Source: an uncultured Opitutia bacterium
GTDB lineage: Bacteria; Verrucomicrobiota; Verrucomicrobiia; Opitutales; Opitutaceae
Length of the DNA: 64,000 nt
Assembly (NCBI GenBank): GCA_903902745.1
Contig: CAIUWA010000016.1
Location: forward strand, 208,024-272,023
Direction of reading: 5' to 3'
A program made the translations under genes and the position numbers. Below, piece after piece: positions 12,738 through 23,623 of the stretch; position 1 is the first letter of the stretch; each line of letters starts with the position of its first letter. The notes beneath the pieces are model-generated. The model was not told where the DNA came from, did not search any database, and saw nothing but the letters and a program-made list of their open reading frames with translations.

Positions 12738-13526
12738 ATGGCGGAGTTCAGATGGAATATTCCTGTCATGCCCGCCGTTCCTCCATCTCCCGTTTCCGCC
12801 CAAGGTGACACGGGGGTTGGCCGCGAACCGGTGTTCCGGGTGCGGGACCTTGCCCGCATCTACGGTGACGGATTGGCGACGGTCACGGCGCTCCGGGGCG
12901 TCGACCTCGATCTTTTTCCCGGCGAACTGATCGTGTTGCTCGGTGCGTCGGGCAGCGGAAAATCCACGCTGCTCAACCAGTTGGGCGGCCTCGATTCGCC
13001 CACGCGCGGCACCCTGTTTTATCGGGGCCAGGACCTTGGTTCGGCGGATGAAGCTGCGCTGACACAGTTCCGGCGCGATGCCGTCGGCTTTGTTTTTCAG
13101 GCGTACAATCTCATTCCCAGTCTCACGGCGCGGGAAAACGTCGCGCTCATCACCGAGATTTGCCGCGACCCGATGCCACCCGAGGAAGCGCTCGAACTTG
13201 TCGGCCTCGGCTCGCGTCTGGACCATTTTCCCGCGCAGCTTTCCGGCGGTGAGCAGCAGCGCGTGGCCATTGCCCGCGCCATTGCCAAGCGCCCAGCGGT
13301 GCTGCTGTGCGACGAGCCCACGGGGGCGCTCGACGTGCAGACTGGCATCACCGTGCTCGAGGCCATCGAGCGCAGCAACCGCGAGCTCGGCACGCTGGCG
13401 GTCATCATCACGCACAACGCCATCCTCGCCGACATGGCGGACCGGGTCTTTACGCTCTCCGACGGCCGCATCGTTAACGAGCGGACGAATGCCCACCGCG
13501 GCTCCGTGCGTGATCTCGCGTGGTGA
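12738..13526 (+). CDS. ABC transporter ATP-binding protein (MacB/DevA-type)
   Basis: Walker [10 protein letters not shown], signature LSGGEQQR and Walker [12 protein letters not shown]. The start is uncertain (TTG 12717, ATG 12738 or ATG 12768). Confidence 0.9.
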   Translation: MAEFRWNIPVMPAVPPSPVSAQGDTGVGREPVFRVRDLARIYGDGLATVTALRGVDLDLFPGELIVLLGASGSGKSTLLNQLGGLDSPTRGTLFYRGQDLGSADEAALTQFRRDAVGFVFQAYNLIPSLTARENVALITEICRDPMPPEEALELVGLGSRLDHFPAQLSGGEQQRVAIARAIAKRPAVLLCDEPTGALDVQTGITVLEAIERSNRELGTLAVIITHNAILADMADRVFTLSDGRIVNERTNAHRGSVRDLAW

Positions 13527-13657
13527 AAACCGGAAAGCCCAAACGCCGACACTCAAATTCCAGTGAAACCCAAAAATTCAAACATCAAGGGTGAACAAAC
13601 CGGGTGTTGGTTGTTTGGTGTTTCATGGGAGGTTGGTGCTTGGAGCTTTTTCCCCGC

Positions 13658-16024
13658 ATGAAGCTCCTCGACCGCAAGCTCCTCCGCGATCTCAACGCAC
13701 TCAAGTCACAGGCGCTGGCGGTCGCGCTCGTCATGGCGTGCGGAATCGCGATGATGATCATGACGCGTTCGCTCATCCTTTCGCTGGAGACGACCCGTGA
13801 TGCCTATTACGGGCAAAACCGCTTTGCCCACGTCTTCGTGCGGCTGAAACGCGCCCCCAACGCCGTGCGCGACCAGCTGGCCGCCATTCCCGGCGTGGCC
13901 GTCGTGCAGACCAGCATTGCCATGCAGGTCACGCTGGACGTCCCCGGCCTGGTGGAGCCCGCGGTTGGATTGATCAATTCGCTGCCGGAGCGCGGCGAAG
14001 CCGTGCTCAACCGCCTCTATTTCCGCGCCGGCCGTCTTCCCCTGGGCCGCACCACCACGGGCGAGCTGGCGGTCAGCGAAGCGTTTGCCGATGCCCATGG
14101 CCTCAAGCCCGGGAACACGCTCTCCGCCATCCTCAACGGCACGAAACAGACCTTTCAGCTTTCGGGCATCGCGCTCTCACCTGAGTTTGTCTTCGAGGCG
14201 CCGCCAGGCGCCGCTCTGCCGGATAACAAAACCTACGGCGTCTTCTGGATGCCTTACCGCGAACTCGCCACGGCCTTCCAGCTCTATGGTGCGTTCAATG
14301 CCGTGGCGCTCACGCTGGCTCCTGGTGCCTCGGAAGGGGCGGTGATTGCCGCGGTCGACCGCGTGCTGGCGCCTTATGGGGGGCGCGGCGCCTACGGCCG
14401 CGCCAACCATCCTTCGCACCGGCGCGTCGATGACGAGATTCGCGTGCTGCAGGGGCTTTCGATCGCCTTCCCGCTCGTCTTCCTGAGCGTGGCCGCGTTC
14501 ATGACCAATTCGGTGATGAGCCGCCAGATTGCGCTGCAGCGCGAGCAGATCGCCATGCTCAAGGCTTGTGGCTTCAGCAATGCGCAGGTGGGGGCGCACT
14601 ATTTCAAGTTCTCGCTGGCGATTGTGGTGGTGGGCGTGGCGCTGGGCGTCCTGGCCGGCGTGGCGCTGGGCCAACGGCTCGTTGAAATGTATCATTTGTT
14701 TTTTCGCTTTCCCCGGCTCGACTTCCTCCTCGACACCCGCGTGCTCATCGCCGCGGCGCTGGTGAGTGCGCTGGCGGCCTTCGCGGGCGTGGCGGGGGCG
14801 GTCCGCCGCGCGGTCCGGCTGCCCCCCGCCGAGGCCATGCGGCCCGAGGCGCCGGCCAGCTTCCGGCCAGCGCTGGCGGAGCGGCTGGGCGCCGCGCGCT
14901 GGTTCACGCCTTCGCTCCGCATGGCGCTGCGCAACATCGAGCGCCGTCCCGTGCGAAGTGCCCTTACCTGCCTGGCGCTGGCCTTGGCGACGGCGATCCT
15001 GATCGTGCCAAGTTCATTTCGGGACGGCATCAACTACGTGATCGATTTCCAGTGGGACATTGTGCAGCGGCAGACCGTCACACTCTCGCTGGTCGAGCCC
15101 GGCCCGGCCCGAGCGATTGCGGATTTCCGCCAGCTGCCTGGCGTTGTCCTGGCGGAGCCGTTTCGCTTTGTGCCCGTGGAACTTCGCGCCGGGCCCATCA
15201 CGCGCCGGCTTCTGCTCCAGGGGCTGCCGGAGCGTGGTTCGCTCAACCGCGTGATTGACGCCCACTCACAGCAGCTCGCTTTGCCGGCTCGCGGCATTGT
15301 GATCTCCGCCAAGCTGGCGGACGTGCTCCACGTCCGGCCCGGCGACGAGGTGATTGCCAAGGTGCTGGAGGGCGAGGAGCGCGAGCTTGCCGTGCCCGTT
15401 GCCGGGCTCGCCGAGGATTTTGCCGGCACGGCGGCCTACATGGAGATGCATGCGCTCAACCGTCTGCTGCTCGAGGGTGACCGCATCAACGGGGCGCATC
15501 TGGCGGTGGATTCCAGCCGGTGGGATGAGTTTCTCCGGGCGGTGAAGGCGACGCCGCGCGCCGGGGGCGTCGTGATCAAGAATTTGATCCGCGAAGGTTT
15601 TAGGAAAACCACCGCCGAGAGCATCGGACTGCTGCAGAAGATGTACATGCTCTTTGCGACAATCGTCGCCTTTGGGATCATCTACAACAGTGCGCGAATC
15701 TCGCTCTCCGAACGGGCGCGCGAGCTTGCGACCCTGCGGGTGCTCGGCTTCACCCGCGGAGAGGTCGGGGCGGTGCTCGTGGGCGAACTGGTGCTGCTGA
15801 CGCTGGTCGCCCTGCCTCTCGGGCTGGTCATTGGCTCGGGCTTTGCGCGCGCCATCCTCACGAGTGTGAACACGGAAACCGTGCGGCTGCCGCTCGTGCT
15901 CACGGCCGCCAACTACGCCCTGGCCGTGCTGGTGGTAGCGCTGGCTTCGGCATTGTCGGCGCTCCTGGCCGCGCGCAAGCTGTCCGAAATCGATCTCGTG
16001 AGTGCGCTCAAGGCGCTCGACTGA
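13658..16024 (+). CDS. ABC transporter permease with duplicated FtsX-type modules (MacB/DevC-like)
   Basis: About 788 aa from ATG 13658 (MKLLDRKLLRDLNALKSQ). Two 4-TM FtsX-like modules, each preceded by a large extracytoplasmic domain. Confidence 0.9.
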   Translation: MKLLDRKLLRDLNALKSQALAVALVMACGIAMMIMTRSLILSLETTRDAYYGQNRFAHVFVRLKRAPNAVRDQLAAIPGVAVVQTSIAMQVTLDVPGLVEPAVGLINSLPERGEAVLNRLYFRAGRLPLGRTTTGELAVSEAFADAHGLKPGNTLSAILNGTKQTFQLSGIALSPEFVFEAPPGAALPDNKTYGVFWMPYRELATAFQLYGAFNAVALTLAPGASEGAVIAAVDRVLAPYGGRGAYGRANHPSHRRVDDEIRVLQGLSIAFPLVFLSVAAFMTNSVMSRQIALQREQIAMLKACGFSNAQVGAHYFKFSLAIVVVGVALGVLAGVALGQRLVEMYHLFFRFPRLDFLLDTRVLIAAALVSALAAFAGVAGAVRRAVRLPPAEAMRPEAPASFRPALAERLGAARWFTPSLRMALRNIERRPVRSALTCLALALATAILIVPSSFRDGINYVIDFQWDIVQRQTVTLSLVEPGPARAIADFRQLPGVVLAEPFRFVPVELRAGPITRRLLLQGLPERGSLNRVIDAHSQQLALPARGIVISAKLADVLHVRPGDEVIAKVLEGEERELAVPVAGLAEDFAGTAAYMEMHALNRLLLEGDRINGAHLAVDSSRWDEFLRAVKATPRAGGVVIKNLIREGFRKTTAESIGLLQKMYMLFATIVAFGIIYNSARISLSERARELATLRVLGFTRGEVGAVLVGELVLLTLVALPLGLVIGSGFARAILTSVNTETVRLPLVLTAANYALAVLVVALASALSALLAARKLSEIDLVSALKALD

Positions 16025-16041
16025 CGGCCAGTATTTTTTTC

Positions 16042-17343
16042 ATGAATCCGGCTCCCCCCTCCCTCTCTGCTGCCAAAAAAACCGGTGCGCCGGCTTGGCG
16101 CCGCCGTCTTCCCCTCCTCGGGGGCGTACTGCTTGTGTTGTTGATCGTGATCGGCCTCCGGCCCCGGGCCGTGCCGGTCGAGGACGCCGGAGTTACCCGC
16201 GGTTCACTGGTGGTCACCGTGGACGAGGAAGGCATGACTCGGGTGAAAAACCGCTATATCGTTTCCGCCCCGGTGGCCGGCCAGCTCCGTCGCATCGATT
16301 GGAAAGCCGGTGCGGTCGTCGAGGCCGGAAAGACGGTCCTTGCCGTGCTCGAGACGAGTGGCGCCGATTTTTTGGATGCCCGCAGCCAAGCCCAGGCCGA
16401 GGCCCGGGTGCACGCCGTCGAGTCCAACCGGGAAATGGCCTCCGCCCAGCGGGAACGCGCCCGCGCCGGCCATGCGCTGGCTCAGGCCGATCTCGGCCGT
16501 TATCGCGCCTTGCTGGATAAAAACACGCTTTCCAAGCAGGAGTTTGATGTGGCTATGATGCGTGAAACCACCGCGGCACAGGAGGAACGGGCAGCGGAGT
16601 TTGCGCTACAGGTGGCCGAGTTTGAATTGCAGCAGGCGCGGGCGCTACTGCTGCGCGGACAGGCTGCGACGGTGGATTTGGCGGGTGCATCCCGGGCCGG
16701 TCCCCTGCCGTCGGCTCCTGCCGGCAACGCCGAGCCACTAGTAATCACTTCTCCTGTAAACGGCCGCGTCTTGCGGGTATTCCAGGAAAGCAGCCGGGTG
16801 GTTCCGGGTGGTTTTGCCCTGCTGGAGGTGGGCGACCCCGCGGATCTTGAAGTGCGGGTGGAAGTGCTTTCGCGCGATGGCGTGGCGATCCAGCCGGGGG
16901 CACGTGTCATTCTGGACCAATGGGGCGGCTCGCAACCGCTGGAAGCGCGCGTGCGGCTGGTGGAACCGTCGGCATTCACGAAAATTTCCGCGCTCGGCGT
17001 CGAGGAGCAGAGGGTTTATGTCGTCGCCGACTTTGTGGATGCCTTTGAAAAGCGCTCCACCCTGGGCGATAACTACCGCGTGGAGGCGCGGATCGTGACG
17101 TGGGAAGCGCCCGATAAACTGCGGGCGCCCACCGGCGCGCTTTTTCAGCGCGGTGGCGCCTGGCACGCGTATGCGGTCGAAAACGGCCGCGCGCATCTGC
17201 GCACAGTCAAAGTTGGCCACAGTAATGGGCTTCAGACGGAAGTACTGGGCGGTTTGAATGAAGGAGACCGCGTGATCGTCTATCCCGGCGACAAGGTGAA
17301 TGATGGCGCGCGGGTGGCGCCACTCGCAGTAACGGACAACTGA
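16042..17343 (+). CDS. HlyD-family periplasmic adaptor (membrane fusion protein)
   Basis: N-terminal TM anchor, an Ala/Glu/Arg coiled-coil hairpin region and a C-terminal beta-barrel. It sits directly downstream of the ABC pair. Confidence 0.85.
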   Translation: MNPAPPSLSAAKKTGAPAWRRRLPLLGGVLLVLLIVIGLRPRAVPVEDAGVTRGSLVVTVDEEGMTRVKNRYIVSAPVAGQLRRIDWKAGAVVEAGKTVLAVLETSGADFLDARSQAQAEARVHAVESNREMASAQRERARAGHALAQADLGRYRALLDKNTLSKQEFDVAMMRETTAAQEERAAEFALQVAEFELQQARALLLRGQAATVDLAGASRAGPLPSAPAGNAEPLVITSPVNGRVLRVFQESSRVVPGGFALLEVGDPADLEVRVEVLSRDGVAIQPGARVILDQWGGSQPLEARVRLVEPSAFTKISALGVEEQRVYVVADFVDAFEKRSTLGDNYRVEARIVTWEAPDKLRAPTGALFQRGGAWHAYAVENGRAHLRTVKVGHSNGLQTEVLGGLNEGDRVIVYPGDKVNDGARVAPLAVTDN

Positions 17344-17398
17344 CAGGTTTGCCGTTTAGACTTGGCGCGGGCGGGGGCCGAGCGTTGGTTCACGGCAA

Positions 17399-18754
17399 AT
17401 GCCGCGCCCTCAGGAAACCATTGCCGCGCTTGCGACGCCGGCCGGCACCGCCGCCCTTGCGATCATCAGGGTCAGCGGGTTGGCTGCAGCCAGACTCACG
17501 CAGGAGATTTTCGGCTCCGCTCCCCTGCCCCGCACCGCGCGGCATGCCGACTATCGCGACGTGACCGGCGGGCTGCTCGACGACGTGCTGTATACGTTTT
17601 TCCGGGGGCCGCATTCCTATACCGGAGAAGACTCGCTGGAGGTGTCGTGTCATGGGAATCCGTTTGTCGCGCAGAAGATCCTCGAGGATCTTTTGGCGCG
17701 CGGCTGCCGGCCGGCGGGGCCCGGGGAATTTACGCAGCGGGCTTTTCTCAATGGGCGGATGGATCTCAGCCAGGCCGAGGCGGTGATGGATCTCATCCGC
17801 GCCCGCAGTGATCGCGCGCTCATGGTCGCCCACCAGCAGTTGAGGGGGGCGCTGGGCCGGCGCCTGGAAACTCTCACCGCCGGGTTGCTGGGCGTGCTGG
17901 CCAGAATCGAGGCTTACATTGATTTTCCCGAGGAGGATTTGCCTCCCGAAGAATGCGGGACGATCGCCGGTGAATTGGAGCACATTGCCCGGGAAACCGA
18001 TCGCTTGCTGGCGACAAGCCACTACGGCGAAATCCTTCGTGACGGTATCAAAACCGTCATCATCGGTGCGCCGAATGCCGGCAAGAGCAGCCTGTTGAAC
18101 CGGCTGGTGGGTCATGATCGGGCTTTGGTTAGTGAAGAGCCTGGAACCACCCGGGATTTTATCGAGGAGCGGATGATGGTCGGACCGCATGCCCTGCGCC
18201 TGATCGACACGGCTGGCTTGAATCCCAGGCCGACGGCACTCGAAAAAATGGGCATGGGCAAAACGTTGGAGCGTGCGGCCGAGGCGGATTTGATCCTGCT
18301 GGTGATCGACGCTACGCAGCCAGCCCCTGCCCTGCCTGCCGAATTGGCGTCGCGCCTGAAGGAGGACAACACCCTGGTAATTCTGAACAAAATGGATCTT
18401 GCGGGCGCGATACCAACGGCGGTTGCGCCGGCTCGACTGCCTGCCCTACGGGTGTCGGCCCTCACGGGAGCAGGCGTGGATGAACTCGTGGCCGCAATCG
18501 TCCGTTGTGCGGATTCATTTCAGCATGATGTGGGTGACGATCTGGTGGCGATTAATGCCCGGCACGGCCACGCCCTTGGACGCGCGCAGAGCTGTTTAGG
18601 CGAAGCCCGAAAAAAAATATCGCTAAATGCTGCTACAGAGCTACTAGCGAGTGATTTACGTGGAGCGCTCGACGCATTTGGAGAAATTTCGGGAAAGATC
18701 GATAACGAGCGCATGCTTGATCTGCTTTTCGCTACTTTCTGCATCGGCAAATAG
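17399..18754 (+). CDS. mnmE: tRNA uridine-5-carboxymethylaminomethyl modification GTPase
   Basis: G domain (GAPNAGKSSLLN, DTAG, NKMD) and the diagnostic C-terminal FCIGK. Confidence 0.95.
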   Translation: MPRPQETIAALATPAGTAALAIIRVSGLAAARLTQEIFGSAPLPRTARHADYRDVTGGLLDDVLYTFFRGPHSYTGEDSLEVSCHGNPFVAQKILEDLLARGCRPAGPGEFTQRAFLNGRMDLSQAEAVMDLIRARSDRALMVAHQQLRGALGRRLETLTAGLLGVLARIEAYIDFPEEDLPPEECGTIAGELEHIARETDRLLATSHYGEILRDGIKTVIIGAPNAGKSSLLNRLVGHDRALVSEEPGTTRDFIEERMMVGPHALRLIDTAGLNPRPTALEKMGMGKTLERAAEADLILLVIDATQPAPALPAELASRLKEDNTLVILNKMDLAGAIPTAVAPARLPALRVSALTGAGVDELVAAIVRCADSFQHDVGDDLVAINARHGHALGRAQSCLGEARKKISLNAATELLASDLRGALDAFGEISGKIDNERMLDLLFATFCIGK

Positions 18755-18810
18755 GGCCCTAGTATTAAGCTACCGCCGTTGGCATTCTGTTGATTTTAAA
18801 TTATAAATAA

Positions 18811-20721
18811 ATGGTTTACAACAAGATACCATTTGATGTTATTGTTTGCGGGGCTGGTCACGCGGGCGTTGAAGCCGCGATGGCAGCTTCGCGAATGGGA
18901 GCCTCCACCCTACTCCTGACCGGCAACATCGACACGATTGCCCAGATGAGTTGTAATCCCGCGATTGGTGGCCAGGCCAAGGGCCAGATGGTACGTGAGA
19001 TTGATGCGCTAGGCGGCGAGATGGCCATCAACACGGATGTGACAGGAATTCAGTTCAGGCTGCTTAATGAATCAAAAGGTTTGGCGGTCCAATCGCCCCG
19101 GGCCCAATGCGACAAAAAAGCCTATCAATTTCGACTAAAGCACACCTTGGAGTTGCAGCCTAATTTGCAGGTATTTCAGGCCACCGTCACGGGTCTGATT
19201 TACGTAGATGATAAAGTGGTCGGTTGCCGCACGAATCTGGATATCGATTTCTCCGGCCACACGGTGATCGTCACAACAGGAACGTTTTTGCGCGGTTTGA
19301 TGCACATTGGACAAAACAAGAATGAAGGCGGCCGCTTGGGTGATTTTAGCGCAAAGACGCTGTCGGCGAGTCTCCAGGAAGCTGGCATTGAACTACGGCG
19401 CCTCAAAACAGGCACGCCGCCGCGGCTTCTGGGCCGGAGCATTGATTTCAGTGTGATGCAGGAGCAAAAAGGCGATGCCAAGCCGACCCTGTTTGCGTTT
19501 CACGATACGCGCGATCCGGAGTACTTGTTCCACGTAGAACAACTCGGTGAACAACGTATCGGCTGGCAGCCGGGCTCAAACCAGATTTCATGCTGGATGA
19601 CGCACACCACGGCGAAAACCGCTCAAATTGTCCGTGAAAATCTCCATAAGTCGGCGATGTATAGTGGTGAAATCGAGGGGGTTGGGCCGCGGTATTGCCC
19701 AAGTATCGAGGACAAATTTGTGCGATTTGCGGATAAGCCGAGGCACCTGCTTTTCCTCGAACCGGAGGGTCGTTCCACGGATGAATACTATGTGAATGGC
19801 TTGTCAACAAGTCTGCCGTTCGACGTCCAGATGGAGATGGTACACAGTATTCCAGGCTTGGAAAACGCGATGCTTTTGAGGCCGGCCTATGCGGTCGAAT
19901 ATGATTTCGCGCCACCGCCGCAGCTTTATCCGTCATTGGAATCTAAGCGGATGGAAAACCTTTTTTTCGCCGGACAGATCAACGGTACGTCTGGCTACGA
20001 GGAAGCGGCGGCACAGGGCTTGGTCGCGGGAGTAAATGCGGTGAACAAGGTGAGGGGAGTATCGCCGCTGATTATTGGGCGACATGAAGGATACATTGGG
20101 GTTTTGATCGATGACCTGGTGACTAAGGGCACGAATGAGCCATACCGTATGTTCACCAGTCGCGCAGAGCACCGGCTTTTATTTAATCATGGCAGTTCTG
20201 AACTTAGGCTTCTCCATCATGCAGAAAACTATAAACTATTAACTAATAATAGATTACAAAATATAAATGGAAAGAAAATGAGGGTAGAGCACTGGGTCTC
20301 ATGGTTGGAAAGAACCTATGTTTCCGGTGGCGGTACTTGGGCCGATGCCATTCGCCGGGCGGCAGCGGCGCAAGGAAGCGGCAGTTCAGGGGGGGAGGGG
20401 CAGAAGCCTTTGCCCGTGCCTGACGAATTCAAGCTTGAGCCAGCGCCCGTGCGTGATGAAGCGCTGTATCGGGTGAGCTATGCTGGTTATCTCCAAAGGG
20501 AACAGCGGCAGATCGAGAAGATGAGCGACATTGAAAAAATCCGGATTCCGCCGGGCTTCGATTTTCTGGGGTTGCGCGGTCTTCGCCGTGAAAGCGCACT
20601 CAAGCTGGCTGAGTTCAAGCCTTACACTTTGGGGCAGGCCAGCCGTATCAGCGGGGTTAACCCGGCGGACATAAGCATTTTGATGGTGAATATTGAAGCG
20701 AGTAGGGGCCGCTCGCAATGA
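18811..20721 (+). CDS. mnmG: tRNA uridine 5-carboxymethylaminomethyl modification enzyme
   Basis: FAD fold [15 protein letters not shown], plus [11 protein letters not shown] and [16 protein letters not shown] motifs. Confidence 0.95.
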   Translation: MVYNKIPFDVIVCGAGHAGVEAAMAASRMGASTLLLTGNIDTIAQMSCNPAIGGQAKGQMVREIDALGGEMAINTDVTGIQFRLLNESKGLAVQSPRAQCDKKAYQFRLKHTLELQPNLQVFQATVTGLIYVDDKVVGCRTNLDIDFSGHTVIVTTGTFLRGLMHIGQNKNEGGRLGDFSAKTLSASLQEAGIELRRLKTGTPPRLLGRSIDFSVMQEQKGDAKPTLFAFHDTRDPEYLFHVEQLGEQRIGWQPGSNQISCWMTHTTAKTAQIVRENLHKSAMYSGEIEGVGPRYCPSIEDKFVRFADKPRHLLFLEPEGRSTDEYYVNGLSTSLPFDVQMEMVHSIPGLENAMLLRPAYAVEYDFAPPPQLYPSLESKRMENLFFAGQINGTSGYEEAAAQGLVAGVNAVNKVRGVSPLIIGRHEGYIGVLIDDLVTKGTNEPYRMFTSRAEHRLLFNHGSSELRLLHHAENYKLLTNNRLQNINGKKMRVEHWVSWLERTYVSGGGTWADAIRRAAAAQGSGSSGGEGQKPLPVPDEFKLEPAPVRDEALYRVSYAGYLQREQRQIEKMSDIEKIRIPPGFDFLGLRGLRRESALKLAEFKPYTLGQASRISGVNPADISILMVNIEASRGRSQ

Positions 20722-20826
20722 CGGCGGAAGTCGCGGGTTTGCGACGATCCCGAGTCGTTGTAACATTTGTGAAACGAACCGCTAATTCGCTATGCCTGCA
20801 ACGACACCTGGACTAAGGTTGCACCC

Positions 20827-21546
20827 ATGACGGATAAAAAACCAAAGAAAATCCTCGTGGTTGACGATGAGTCAGATGTGACGGAGCTGCTGGCCTATCA
20901 TTTGAAGGCCAAGGGATTTTCCGTCGAGGCCGTCAATAATCCCAACAGCAGCATTGGACTGGCCCGGACTTTTTTGCCGGATCTGGTAATTCTCGATGTG
21001 ATGATGCCGGAATTAAACGGCATCCAGATCTGCCGCATGCTGCGGGCCGACCCAAAGCTGAAGCGCGTGCCGGTCATTTTTCTCACGGCGAAGGCGGAGG
21101 AGAGCGACCGCATCCAGGGTTTTGAAACGGGTGCTGATGATTACATCCCGAAACCATTCAGCGCGAAGGAAGTCGTGCTCCGGGTGCAATCCATCCTGCG
21201 CCGGGTCAACGAGGGGGTGGCGGAGGAGCCGCGCCGCCTGCAAATCGGGCAGATCGCACTCGACGTGGACCGGCACGAAGTCGCCATCAACGGCCAGCCC
21301 GTCGAGCTCACGGCCACCGAATTCAAGCTGCTCCACCTGCTGATGGAGCGGCGCGGGCGGGTGCAAACCCGCGAGCATCTCCTGATCAATGTGTGGAACT
21401 ACGAGACTGAAATCGAAACCCGCACCGTGGACACGCATGTGCGCCGTCTCCGGGAAAAACTCGGGGCCGAGGCGGACCGGATTGAAACCATCCGCGGAGT
21501 TGGCTACCGGATCGCCGAGCGCAAGGTCGAATCATGTCCATCCTGA
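20827..21546 (+). CDS. OmpR-family response regulator
   Basis: Receiver domain (KILVVDDE, LVILDVMMP, FLTAK) plus a winged-helix C-terminus (TVDTHVRRLREKL, RGVGYR). Confidence 0.93.
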   Translation: MTDKKPKKILVVDDESDVTELLAYHLKAKGFSVEAVNNPNSSIGLARTFLPDLVILDVMMPELNGIQICRMLRADPKLKRVPVIFLTAKAEESDRIQGFETGADDYIPKPFSAKEVVLRVQSILRRVNEGVAEEPRRLQIGQIALDVDRHEVAINGQPVELTATEFKLLHLLMERRGRVQTREHLLINVWNYETEIETRTVDTHVRRLREKLGAEADRIETIRGVGYRIAERKVESCPS

Positions 21547-22802
21547 TCGCGGTTTTGCTCGCGGTCGCGCTGGGCCTCACGCTCAAAAAGCTGCGTGATT
21601 ACCGCCGTGCGATTCACAGCCTCGGGCTTTCGGTGGTCGCCAAGGAGCCTTATCTCCCAGAGGACCGGCCCGCTGCTCTCGGCGTGGAGTGGGACCGGCT
21701 CTGTGCCCAGACCAGCGAGCTCATCACGGAAAACAGCCGCCTGAACCGACTGCGCACCGGCCAGCTCGTGCAGCTCGAGGCCACACTGGGCAGCCTGCGG
21801 GAGGCCGTGCTGGTCGTCGACGAGAGCAACCATATCCTCCTCGCGAACGGGGCGCTGCAGGCGATTTTTCCGCGGGCGCAGAACATTCTCGGGCAGCGGC
21901 TGGAGCTGGTGCTGCATTCGCGGGAATTTCTCGAGTATGTCGAGGCGGTGCGTGCCGCCCGCGCCGAGCCCCAGCACGAGATCGAGTTTGTCGACGGCAT
22001 CCACTCCACTTGGATTGAGATGACGGGGGCAAAGATCCCGCCGCTCGACGGCGGCAAGGGCTCGTGGGCGCTGTTCGTGCTGCACGACATCACCCGGCAG
22101 AAAAAACTCGAGAATGTGCGGAAGGATTTCGTGGCCAATGTCTCGCACGAGCTGCGGACCCCGCTCAGCGTCATCAAGGGCTACATTGAGACCCTGGTGG
22201 ACGGCCATCGCGACATGCCGATTGCCGATCGCGAACGCTTTTTGCTCACCGTCCAGCGGCACACGGAGCGTCTAAATTCACTCCTGGAGGATCTGCTCAC
22301 GCTTTCACGCCTCGAGTCGATTCATCCGGGCCTGCGGCGGGAATCCACGGTCCTTGGGGCGCTGCTGGCCGGCATGGTCGATGATTACCGCGCCCGACCC
22401 GCCGCTGCCGGGCACCAGTTGACGTTCTCGGTGGATCCAGCGGTCGGGGAATTGTTGGTCGACCCGCTGAAAATCACCCAGGTTTTCGAGAACCTCATCG
22501 ACAACGCCCTCAAATACACGCCCAAGGGCACCCAGATCGACCTTCGCGCACGTCTCAGGGAGCACGAGGTGGAAGCCTGTGTGCATGACAACGGCCCGGG
22601 CATCCCGGCGGAGGACCTGCCGCATATTTTCGAGCGGTTCTACCGCGTCGACAAAGGACGCTCGCGCGAAAAGGGCGGCACGGGTCTCGGCCTGAGCATT
22701 GTGAAGCATATTGTGCAGCTGCATGGCGGCCGGGTCTGGGTCGAAAGCACACCGGGGAAGGGGACGTCGTTCTACCTGAGTCTCCCGGTGCGCACGCATT
22801 GA
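21534..22802 (+). CDS. PhoR-like sensor histidine kinase
   Basis: One N-terminal TM, a PAS-like region, H box SHELRTPL, and N/G boxes (NLIDNALKY, DNGPGI, GGTGLGLSIV). Overlaps the regulator gene by 13 nt. Confidence 0.9.
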   Translation: MSILIAVLLAVALGLTLKKLRDYRRAIHSLGLSVVAKEPYLPEDRPAALGVEWDRLCAQTSELITENSRLNRLRTGQLVQLEATLGSLREAVLVVDESNHILLANGALQAIFPRAQNILGQRLELVLHSREFLEYVEAVRAARAEPQHEIEFVDGIHSTWIEMTGAKIPPLDGGKGSWALFVLHDITRQKKLENVRKDFVANVSHELRTPLSVIKGYIETLVDGHRDMPIADRERFLLTVQRHTERLNSLLEDLLTLSRLESIHPGLRRESTVLGALLAGMVDDYRARPAAAGHQLTFSVDPAVGELLVDPLKITQVFENLIDNALKYTPKGTQIDLRARLREHEVEACVHDNGPGIPAEDLPHIFERFYRVDKGRSREKGGTGLGLSIVKHIVQLHGGRVWVESTPGKGTSFYLSLPVRTH

Positions 22803-22814
22803 TGCGGCCGAGGC

Positions 22815-23447
22815 TTGCGCGCGGGTGGGGCCGGCCCTAGCGGTCCGCATGTGGATAATCTGGCCCGCACCGCAGAACACCAGGAGCGCATGGCGTTGCG
22901 GCGCGAGGCCCTGCAAGGAACGCTCGGGGGGATTTTGCCAGCGGGAACACCGCCGTTTGTCTGGGAAGTGGGCTGTGGCCACGGCCATTTTCTGGCGGCG
23001 TATGCCCAGGCGCACCCCGGGGAGCTTTGCCTCGGGATAGACGTCATTCGCGAGCGGATCGAGCGGGCGGTCCGGAAACGGGACCGGGCGAGGCTCGCCA
23101 ACCTGCATTTCATCCGGGCGGAGGCGCAGATGTTTCTCGAGGTGATGCCGGCGGCGGCTAAAATTTCGGCCATCTATGTGTTATTCTCCGATCCATGGCC
23201 CAAACAGCGGCATCACAAGCACCGGCTGATGCAGCCGGGTTTTTTGGACGGCCTGGCCGGGCGGGCAGGGCAGGGAGCGCGGCTCTATTTCCGCACGGAT
23301 CATGAGCCCTATTTTCTCGAGGTGGAAACGATGCTAAGGGGCCATCTCGCGTGGCATCTGAGCGATGAAGCGTGGCCTTTCGAGACGACCACGGTCTTTC
23401 AGCAGCGCGCGGCGAGCCACCGGTCTCTGGTGGCGGTCAGGAAGTAA
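22815..23447 (+). CDS. trmB: tRNA (guanine-N7)-methyltransferase
   Basis: SAM motif EVGCGHGHFL and the FSDPWPK motif. The start codon is uncertain. Confidence 0.85.
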   Translation: MRAGGAGPSGPHVDNLARTAEHQERMALRREALQGTLGGILPAGTPPFVWEVGCGHGHFLAAYAQAHPGELCLGIDVIRERIERAVRKRDRARLANLHFIRAEAQMFLEVMPAAAKISAIYVLFSDPWPKQRHHKHRLMQPGFLDGLAGRAGQGARLYFRTDHEPYFLEVETMLRGHLAWHLSDEAWPFETTTVFQQRAASHRSLVAVRK

Positions 23448-23623
23448 AAGAAAAGACGGCCGGCCCTGTGGGGGCGATCATTCCCATAAGCTGGCCGCGG
23501 GTTTTGGCCATGGAGGTTTAATGTCCGGTGAACATCCGCTTTCACCCTGTTTCAAGGGTTGACGGAGCCTCTGGCGTTTGCCTGTCTTCACCTTTCAAAC
23601 CCTTTCAGTTGTCCAGCGCTTCC

